A stretch of DNA of 64,000 nucleotides. Source: Vitrella brassicaformis CCMP3155 (lineage: Eukaryota; Protista; Chromerida). A model generated the notes under the pieces. It searched no databases, was not told the DNA's origin, and saw nothing but the letters and a program-made list of their open reading frames with translations. The position numbers and the translations under genes were made by a program. Within the stretch, counting starts at the first letter, position 1. Every line of letters begins with the position of its first letter. This document shows positions 1 through 9,705 of this stretch, piece after piece. The stretch lies in NCBI GenBank assembly GCA_001179505.1, contig CDMY01000592.1, positions 124,001 to 188,000 on the forward strand, written 5' to 3'.

Positions 1-37
1 GGGTGTGGCGTGGCCGCCTGCCTGCCTGCCTGCACAG

Positions 38-1027
38 GACCCTCAGTACTGGTCGGAACGGCTTGTGTTCAAGGAGAACCCTGCCACGTGGCCCTACCCC
101 ATGGCAGACGTGCGCGGCCTTCAGAAAGGTGAGTCGGGGGGGACATACACCACACGCCACACACACGTCTGCCTGCATACCCATCCATCCATCCATCCAT
201 TGTGTGCGTGTGTGTGTGTGTGTAGGCTGTCAGGGGTACCACCCCAAGTTGCGTGAGGCCAGCATCGGCATCCCTGATGACGACAGCGCCGAGCACGTAG
301 CCCAACTCTTACTCGACAACTGGGTTTTCGAAGCCAAACAGGACTCCAAGTTGGAGGTAGGAAGCACACCCGACACACGACACAAGAGGAGTCTTTCACC
401 TTGTCTGTGTCAGCAGAAACGACGCCACGTCAAACCGGAGCCCCAGCCCCTAGACGAATCCTACAAGAACGAGCTCATGGAGAAGTTCACTCGATTCGTA
501 GACGGCATCGAGCAGGGCCAAGACTGTACGCTCCGCACCCACCACACCCAAACATAGCCACAAAGACACGAGTCCCCACGATGGATGACTTCCTTGATGT
601 GATTGTGATTGGTGTGATGTGTGCGCTGCAGGGAATGGTTGGGAGGTGGATTTCAAGGACATAGCGGCCCAGTTCCCAGACGACCTCCACACACGCATCA
701 AAGCCACGTTCAAACTCTTCGGTGCGTTCTCCCACACACACATTCAATAAATATTGCCGTTGCTGACCTGACCTGCGTGCAGAGAATTTCTTTTGCGGCA
801 ACAAGATCAGCAACATCGTGCCCAAGGATGTGTGGGTCAGGTGGGTGGCCTGGAAGAGGAAGAACATCCCCAACAAGGCACAGACACACACTGCCGCAGG
901 TACGTGACGTGCACGCACATGAGCCGACCGCCCCATTCTGTCTGTCTGTCTGTCTGCAGGCTCCGTAGTACCAGACGATGAGTACCCCACCTTGCCCGGC
1001 GCCTCGCCCGTCAAGACCAAGCAATGA
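38..1027 (+). CDS. 3' part of a multi-exon hypothetical protein (5' end lies outside the window)
   Basis: AG acceptor at 36-37, then exons DPQYWSERLVFKENP..., GCQGYHPKLREASIG..., ...EVDFKDIAAQFPDDLHTRIK..., ENFFCGNKISNIVPKDVWVRW..., ending ...PGASPVKTKQ* (TGA 1025-1027). One internal junction is not resolved. No family recognised. Confidence 0.6.
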
Positions 1028-1643
1028 TATGGCTGCCTGGGGGCGAGATATCTAGATGGATGGATGGATGGATGGCAGCAGAGCGACTGCCCCTTGGCTT
1101 TTCGTTTTGGCCTGGCCTGCGGGTGGGAGATGAGATGACTAGATGGGAGGGGGGGCTCTTTTCTACGGATGGCTGGCTGGGCGGGCGAGTGGGTGGTTGG
1201 TGATGTAGATACATACTGATACATACATACACAAAGACAGACACGTACGGACTCGCTCTTAGATGCGGCGCACACAGCCACTTTGAAGGGCCAGAGCGAG
1301 AGAGAGAGAGAGAGAGAGGCCTGGTAGATGGTGAGACAATGACGGACTGACGCGACTGGCGGTGCTGATATCAATGAACGCACCAGTCAGTTCAACTTCG
1401 CCTCACTCGACAGACTTGCTGAGGCCACACGCTATGCATCAAAGGTGTCGGTCATCACGCACACGCGTGCACTCATGCATCCATCCATCCAGGCACTGGA
1501 GGTCGATCCATCAATCAATACACGACGAAGACCTCCACCTCATCAGCTTTGAATGAACCACCTCATCAGTCTGAGCATTGAAGCCGCCGTCACCAGTCAC
1601 CACAAGGCAGCGTCATACACAGTCACTCACCCCTTAGCATTCA

Positions 1644-3126
1644 CTACTCCTCCTCCTCCTCTCTGTGTCGCTTCTTCTTTTTCTTCTTCTGCCTCCTGCC
1701 CTCTCCCTCACCCTCACCAACCGCAGCAGCAGCAGCAGCGGCTGCTGCCTGCCGCCCTTCCGCCGCCTGTTCGGCAGCTGCCTCGCTCTCCATGTGCTTC
1801 TTTCTCTTTTTCTTTCTTTTGTCCTGGATGCGTTGGCCGGCCTCCTCGGCTGCCTCGTCGGCCGCCTTCCTCTTCCTCTTTGCCGGCTCCTGCTCCTCCT
1901 CACCTGCCGTGACGGCCGCCGCCGCAGCGGCGGCGGCGGCTGCCGGCTTTGGCCTGGGTCCCTTGACCCAGGTCATAGTGGGCTCCTCGACGCCCAAGGG
2001 CAGCGGCTTGGTCCACTTGCCGAAGGTGTACTGGCGTTCGTCGTAGATGCTGCCGACATACGACATGTCGCTCTTGGGTGCGCGTGCCATGATGTCTCCC
2101 ACAGCGTCAGCGAGGTACTGTGTGGACATGAGGGTGCGGCTGAGGGGGGCGTTGGCCCAGTCCATCGTGGCCGTCGTCTTGTCCATCGTGTAGTGCCCCA
2201 AAGCACGGTCCACCTCCTGCATCGCCATCAGCCCGCTCTCCGGCTCCACCTTCACCACACCCTGGAACCGCAAACCTGACAGACACCAGACACCATACGC
2301 AGAGAGAACACATCGCTCGCTGCCTTTGGTGTGCGTGCGTGTTCCCTTTTGCCCTTTGGTGTGTGTGCGTACCGACGGGCCGTGATCGATAGGGTGTGGA
2401 TGCCAGCTCGAGGATGCCCATCTCGGCACACATGTTCTTGTCGTAAGCCCGCTTGAGCACCGCCACGCAGGGCCTGTCGGTCTTGACCGCCTGGTTCTCC
2501 TCGTCCGTCCCCCCAAGGCGCATCCAGGCCGTGTCGTAGGACCGGTAGAGCGGCGACCTGCCCGCCCTGTGGTTGAGGATGAAGTCCTCGACCTGCGGCC
2601 GGAGGTGCTCGAAGAGCGCCCTGCGGCCTCCCCTGATCTTGAGGTTGCTGGGCACGTCGATGAAGACCACATCGCCGTCGAACGGCAGCTGGGCTCTCGG
2701 AAGAGGCAGCGTGCCGTCGCCCCTGATGGTGGCTGGGCGTGTCGCCTGGGATGGGTGCTGCTTGTAGCCCACGAAGATGCTGGGTCGCGAGTAGAGGGCC
2801 TGGATGGGGGGAGGATGGTGGTTGACGTCCACCAGAGTGTCCGCCCATACGTAGGGATTCATCCGCAGCTTCTTGACCTTCTCCTTCCTCACCACCTTCC
2901 TCACCCGCCCCTCCGTCGCTGCTTCATCTCTGCCCTCGCCGGGTGGTGCCTTCTGTTTCTTCTTCTTCTTCTTGGTCTTCTTGACGCCCGCTGCTGGTGC
3001 TGCTGCTGCCTCAGCTACATCTTGCGCTTCCTCCTGGGCCGCCGACGCAGCCGCGCTTTGTTGCTTCCGCTGCTTTTTCTTCTTTTTCTTGACAGATCCG
3101 GGCTCGAGGGGCTCAGCTGTATCCAT
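1644..3126 (-). CDS. Hypothetical protein with Lys-rich termini (nuclear/nucleolar-like)
   Basis: Two exons (3126-2373, 2275-1644) joined in frame by a GT-AG intron. Poly-Lys tracts at both ends flank an ordered central region (RMNPYVWADTLVDV...GKWTKPLP). Confidence 0.75.
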
Positions 3127-3279
3127 TGGGATGGAGTGCAACGGGAGATCAGACGGGGAGATCACTCCGCACGCGGACTGCTGCGAGCAACTGGAGCTGA
3201 GCTTGTCCTGATACGCATTGACTCGGGAAGTAGATCTGAAGGCTGAATGGCAGCCTCGACCCGTCACTGCTGCTGAACA

Positions 3280-5408
3280 ATGCTCTCGTTGTCTCTCCTT
3301 GTGCTGGTGGTGATGCTTGGCCTGCAAATGAAACTGCCGTGCCTGGCCCTCCCCTCTGCGTTCGTCAGCCCGCTGAGGCGACTCGCACAGACCAGGAGCT
3401 CACCGCCATCTTCATCTGCACAGAAGCGAGGACTGGCGCTGATGAGCGAAGGGGAAGGCGTGCGGGCCACCAGGCGGCTTGGCTTTAGCGACATGATGGT
3501 CACACCTGTCTGGTAAGTCATCGGGAAGGAGAGAAACAATTGCATGATGCGTGTGTGTTCTAATGTCAGTCTTGGCACGATGACCTGGGGGGAGCAGAAC
3601 AGCGAGGATGAGGCGCACGCACAGCTCGACTACGCCATCAAGGAGAGGGGAGTCAACTTCATCGACACCGCTGGTGAAATGAATGAATGAATGGATGTGC
3701 ATGGTCGACCCATCTGCTATACCTATCATGTCTTCTCTGTCTGTCTGTCTGTCTGTGCAGAGATGTATCCGGTGCCGACTGCCCAGCACACGCAGGGTCT
3801 GACTGAGAAGTACCTCGGCACGTGGCTGGCCAAGAACCAAGACTGGCGCCACAAGATATACATCGCAACCAAAGTCGCTGGATTCATGGCAGGTCCGTCA
3901 GGCCGTCGCAGGCCAGACACACAGCTGACGGTGCCGGTATACTCTCTCTCTGTGTGTGTGTGTGTGTGTGTGTGTGCAGATTCGTACATGGTAGCGGGTC
4001 GTCTGAAGGAGAATGGCTACCTGGCGATCAACGGCAAGCAGAAGGGTCCGGCTCGGCACGACCCTGAGTCCATTCACAGGGCGTGCCGCGCCAGCCTCGC
4101 CCGTATGCAAACGTCATACATCGACCTCTACCAGCTGCACTGGCCTGACAGGTCAGGTGGGGTGGGCAGGGCAGGGCAGATGGACCAACCAATACGCTCA
4201 CACATGTGCATCGCATCGCTACACATGACATGCCCGGATGCATTGCAATGAGTGAATGCCTGGCTGCAGGTATGTGCCCAAGTTTGGGAGCACTGTGTAC
4301 GACCCCGCGCAGCACTACCCAACAGCAGTGCCATTCGAAATCATCTGCAGAGCCATCAAAGTACGTGCACACATAAGCAGCACCGTGAACCTGAGAGTAC
4401 CATGCGTATTCTGTCTGTCTCACAGGAGCTTCTCGACGAAGGTCTCATCCGCAGCTGGGGCCTGTCTAATGAGACGCCATTCGGGGTGAGTCGGGGAGAA
4501 CAGAAGGCAGGCTCCATGCCGTCATTCCTTGATTGCTGCTGTCCCCTCGGCTGCTCTGTCTGTCTGTCTGTCTGTCTGTAGGTGGCTCAGTTTGCGGCTG
4601 CGGCTCATCGCGTCGGCATCCCCAAGCCCGTGTCGATACAAAACTCATTCTCACTCGTACACCGGTGAGGCAACTACTGTGAGGCACAGGCGAAGGAAAC
4701 GCACACAGGGGGTGTGCGCGCTCCTTTCCTGTCAGGGAGTTTGAGCAGACGCTGGCCGAGTCGTGCGCCCACTGGAACTACAACCTCTCTCTCCTTCCGT
4801 GGTCTCCTCTGGCTGGCGGGGCGCTGTCGGGCAAATACCTCGAGGGACAGAAGCCTGAGGGCGCCAGGATGACCATATGGCCATTCTTTCAATCCAGATG
4901 GCTCAATCCCAGGTGTGTGGTGTATGTGGACAGACAGAGATCAATCTTGATCTGGATGGATGCGCACCAGCTGTCTGTGTGTGTGTGTGTGTGTGCAGGT
5001 GTGTGAGTGCGATAGAGCGTTACAAGGCCCTGGCTGATGCGGAGGGCATGTCGCTGACCACACTGTCGCTGGCGTGGATCAACTCGAGGAACTACATGGA
5101 GAACGGCAGCACCATCATCGGGGTGAGGGTGGGGGGATGATACACGATACAGTCGACCATCGCACCATGGCCTCGGTGTGTGTGTGTGTGTGTGTGTCAG
5201 GCGACGAAGATGGATCAGCTGAAGGAGTGCATCGATGCTTTCGAGGAGGTGAATCATTGCACGCACACTCTACGCGTGGCCGCACCGCGCCATTGGGGTC
5301 TGTGCTTCTCGTGTGTTGTGTGGTCAGGGCGTCACGCTGTCTGAGAGGACATTGGAGGCGATAGACGAGGTGCATTTAGACTGCAGGGACCCCTCACAGT
5401 TCATTTGA
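3280..5408 (+). CDS. Tas-like aldo-keto reductase with bipartite (signal + transit) leader
   Basis: Spliced motifs CLGTMTWGEQNSEDEAHAQLDYA, GVNFIDTAEMYPVP, IYIATKVAG, SYIDLYQLHWPDR, WGLSNET, STIIGATKMDQLKE. Leader MLSLSLLVLVVMLGL...LPSAFVSPLRR. Confidence 0.9.
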
Positions 5409-5873
5409 CGTGGCGAGCACAGCACACGGACAGGTATGGAGAGGTCCGTCGATCTAGTTGGGACGGATGTTATGGGTGGATGCTTCATGTAAGTAGCTAG
5501 CTACAGGCGTAGATGTGTACGTCTGTGTACCGTGCGTGTGGTCTGCTCGAACCAAGTGGCCCCCGTGTCGCTGACTCACTCAGCCCTATTCTCTACTGAG
5601 AAGGCATCATGCACATGCTGACCATACATATTATAGTGAGAGTTCAAATGGGATTTTTGCCTTTTAATGGAAATTGCGTCGTGGCCGTCCGCACGTTCCC
5701 ACGTCATGCACCAACAAAACAGCGATTGTTCTTTCTCATCCGTGTCTGTCTGTCTGTCTGTCTGTCTACCAGCTCACACAACACCCCCCATCATGAATTA
5801 GACCGATCAGGCCGTCCTCTGTGCCGCGAACCCATCCACCGCTCATTGTTGGGAACTGCACTTGTCATCTCAG

Positions 5874-6531
5874 TCAGGCAATGCGCAGAATCAAATGGGC
5901 ACCTGGGTAAGCCGCCAAACATGTCGCACAGCACAAGCTGACGCCCTGTGTGGCATTCCTTGACGTTGCTCGCTCACCTGAGCTGCTGAGGACCACATCA
6001 GATATCTCCCCAACGTTGAGCTTAAATGCAGCGGCCTCGAAGTTGCCGTCCATCTCACCGCGGCCGAAGAAACCCTGCACACCACAGCACAGCACACCCA
6101 ACCACACCACACACCGAGATGCGGTCGGGATGCATGTGTGACTGCCTTGGTCAGTGCAGGCAATCGCACCCACCAGATCTCCTCCTTTGGCGAACGAGCT
6201 GCAGTCGCTGCGCTGCTCAGCTACCTCGGCGAAGTTGGCGGCCGTCAACCTGAGCAGACAAACAACCGCACACGGCAGCATGGTAACGTGCACGGGCGGC
6301 GGTTGCTCCTCCCTTTCATCCCAGCGTACGTTTCCTTGATCTTTTTGAGTTCTTCGATGGCGGCTTCTTCACTGATGGTGATGGGCTGACCCGTGCGACG
6401 GCTCACGGGGTTGCGGCTCTTGTTGTGCTTGCAGATACTGAGCACATACGACGCATGTCCATCTGCGTTGAAGAGATGAGCTTTGTGGATGCTTACATGT
6501 GACGGCAGCGAACCTGATCCGGGGCCGACAT
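5874..6531 (-). CDS. PIN1: Pin1-type parvulin PPIase, single domain without WW
   Basis: Spliced MSAPDQVRCRHIICKHNKSRNPVSRRTG...RSDCSSFAKGGDL...FGRGEMDGNFEAAAFKLNVGEISDVVLSSSG...HLILRIA*. Confidence 0.9.
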
Positions 6532-6602
6532 GGCGAAGAAGCTGGCGGCGTTTTCTAAGGACAAAAAGTCGGGGTTGGGGTGAAGGGTTTCAAGGTCGAG
6601 AC

Positions 6603-6610
6603 GCGAGCTT
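6603..6610 (+). promoter_or_regulatory. GCGAGCTK candidate promoter motif (representative copy)
   Basis: Exact copies also at 9446, 16061, 45277, 57312 and 61306 (+) and at 20634, 24964 and 34162 (-), all in 5' regions. Function is inferred. Confidence 0.55.
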
Positions 6611-6732
6611 ATATCAAGACATCTCTCGACATTCGAGTTGCGGAGCTTTTCAGCGTTCCCTCGTGCCAGAGAGCTCTCTCTGTTGTGTCACAATCACTTG
6701 GAATCGGTTTCTCACCGGTGAGTCGTTCGGCG

Positions 6733-7985
6733 ATGGCGGAGTACAAGCCAGCACGGACGTTCGTGGATGCCGACGGCACCAAGCACCACTTCACGTCAGA
6801 GTAAGGACACACAGCCACACACACAGCTGTCCAGCCCCTCGGCTGGGGCCAAGCTGAGTGGCCCGTCCTGGTGAGCCATATCACGCGCGTGTGTGTTGGT
6901 TGCTGACAGGGACAGTGAGATTGTGATCCAGACGGACTATGTGGAGGCCATTGATGACGTCAACAAGTCCATGCTCCTCACCAAACGGTGGGAAGGCCAA
7001 TCCCCAGGCCACCACATAATGCACTCTCCTTTTGCTTCTTGCTTCAGTACGTTCTCATCTGGCGCCGCGCCCAAGGAGTTGGCCTCACGTCTGTCAGCCC
7101 GGCTGAGCATGCCGATGCGTGAGCGTGTGGATGGCGATGATGAGGAAGAAGAGGACCTGCAGATCTACCATGACGAGGTTGGTTGGTGCCGGGACAGCGG
7201 GCCCCCTCGTCCAAAAGGTTGGTTGGTTGGTTCACTTGGCTTAGGTCGAGTGGCTGACCAAGAAGGCATCAAAGGAGGACGTCGAAGACATCAGAAATGA
7301 AGCCATCAAAGCCGCCACACGGGTAAGGCAAACCCAGCCCAGCCCCCGGGCCCCGACTCTCTGTCCACCATGTCTCGCCCAACGTGTCTCCGTTGGTTTC
7401 TTTCCATCGACGGACTGACTCATCATCATATCATGCAGGCGGGGTCGAAGGTGAAGAAGAGGGTGTCGATCGACGAGGACCACGTGGAGGTCATCCACGA
7501 CGCCCCCACCCGCAGCGGCAGTTTGTTGAGTCGCCTCTCCACACTCTTCCAGATCAACGACAACGACAACGACCTCGAGGACATCGGATGCGTCAACGAA
7601 CCAGTCGCAGCAAAGACACAGGCACACCACGCCACGCCACACACGCACTCAGAGAGATGGAGGGAGACACCACTCTGCTCTGCTCTGTGTGTGTCAGGGC
7701 ATGGGATTCTGTCAGGGCGGCCCTCCGGCCCCCTTTTGCCGGCTGTTTTTCGGTGGCTGTTTCCAGCCAGCCGTGTCCAAGGAAGAGGTCCTTGTCGATG
7801 CCGGTGAGCTGCTGGAGGAGGCCGAGCCCGTCCGCGAAGCCGTCTACGAGCTGCCCAATATCCTCACAGATTTGGACCTCGCAAAGGCTGTGGACCGCAG
7901 TGAGTGCACTGATGAGCGCAGAGGTCTGTGTCTGAGTGCCATGTGTGCGTGCGTGCGTGTGTTGTGCAGTGTTCGAGACGGATGA
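6733..7985 (+). CDS. Hypothetical protein
   Basis: About 7 exons that join in frame (MAEYKPARTF...; EDSEIVIQTDYVEAIDDV...; VEWLTKKASKEDVEDIR...; GMGFCQGGPPAPFCRLFFGGCF...). No family recognised. Confidence 0.7.
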
Positions 7986-8674
7986 TGACGAGTGCAGCTT
8001 TTGTTGAGGAGGCACAATGGATGGATGGATGGATGTGTCCGTTCGCTTGTGGTCTGGCTGGCATAGTGCGACTAAGACCGTTTTGGTTGGTCGTGTGTCA
8101 TGTTGCCCTTTTGTTAGGGCGTGTTAATGCATTGGGCGTCTGTCTCCATGACTTACTGTGGTTGGTCTGTCTTTTTCGTTCGGTTGCCTCCCTGTCTGTC
8201 TGCCTACCAGTGAGTGACCAGTATCCAGCGCCCCACATGAGCTCACGAGTGAGGTGAGGACCGTCTGAATGCACACACATGCGCACAGACCGTATGAAGC
8301 GGGCGATAGATGGATGCACTAATGGGGACTGCATTCATCACTCATTAATTGAGTTTGCCCTCGTCAGCGAGACAAATAGTCCGATTGATGGCTGATGGCA
8401 CACCACACCGTTCAGGCAACTGTACAAAGGACCAAGTATACGACAGCGGATAACGACGACGCTATCTCACACCATGAAGGTATCCGTCTGTCTGCCTATC
8501 GATTCATGTATCGTCTGCAGCAGTGATGCCCATGAAAGGTGTGAGCTCCGTTGTGTGTAGCCACGGGCACCAGCGGCTGTCCGGTTCCACGCCCTCAGCT
8601 GCGCACTCAGCAGCTCACAACTTACACGAGCTGGTCACTGTTTTGGACACGGTAACGACCCCAGTCAAATAACA

Positions 8675-9426
8675 TCACCCTTCCGCAGCCCCGCCGTCCT
8701 CCTCTCCGTCGCCATCAGCCGTGCCTTGATCGCGATTGGCAGAGGAGGGCGGCGGCAGCATAGACAGAAAAGACGGACGGCCACTGCGCGGATGAGACGG
8801 CGCTGATTCACTCGCAGCGGCGGCAGCAGCCGGCTTCTCGACATCGACTGGCAGATAGCTCGTGTCGATGGGAATCATGGAATCATCTTCATCCTTCTCC
8901 TCGCCGAAGTCCAGTTCTTCAACATCAGCAGCATTTTCTTGCCTGTCCTCTGGCTCCCTCGGCTGGTCCTCCTCCTCCTCGCGCTGCCTCTTGCGCGTGC
9001 TCCTGACGCCAGGCCGATAGGTGGGTCTTGGGATGTTGGGGTGGCGGGCGTACTCTGCTGCCCAGGGGTCAGCGAAGACGCTGTCCACCGCATGGGAAGG
9101 CAGCGAGCCGTGAGAGGAGCAGCGAGCGGAGGGGGTGAAGGGCCGACGGCCGCCACCTGATCCCACAATAGAGCAACAGACCGACAGTCCCGCACGTGCT
9201 GTGCGTATGTGTCACTCATCTGGTTTGGCGACTTACGAGTCATTCCTCTTCCTCCGCGGCCACCTCTGTGGCCTCTGAAGCCTCCTCTGCCCCGACCATC
9301 CCCACCTCTGCGTCGGAACCCACGCTCTCCCCGTCCGCCGCGGCCGAACGATATCTCAAAAGATGGCTGAAGAATCATTGGCGGAGCGTGGCTCATCTGG
9401 GGTGGGAAAGCAGGAGCACCAGCCAT
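8675..9426 (-). CDS. Small RGG-rich disordered protein (about 223 aa)
   Basis: Exons 9426-9237 and 9156-8675 join in frame. RGG/RGR repeats, then DSVFADPW, an acidic stretch and SFLSMLPPP. Confidence 0.7.
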
Positions 9427-9705
9427 GGCTCATCTCTCTGGGGAAGCGAGCTTGACGATCTGCATGCATGATGCAGCCCCCACCTGGCCCCCAGGATCTG
9501 AGACGCGCACAAAGGATCCTTGCCACGGATGCATGACCCCCCATCCCGCATTCTCAGCCGCATCTCTCTTCTGCATGCCATTGCAGCAGCTTTCGCCTGG
9601 AGCCTGCCATCCCATCTGCAGTGCCGAACCATCCCCATCCTCATTATCCATCCAGCGCAAACGCCATCCCTTTCTGACCATCATCTCTTGTGAGGTTCTT
9701 TGATC

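Noticed and set aside
9456-9463. TGCATGCA (a known ApiAP2 target) in a promoter
   Set aside because: The motif is also common in introns and 3' regions across the window, so it is not discriminating.
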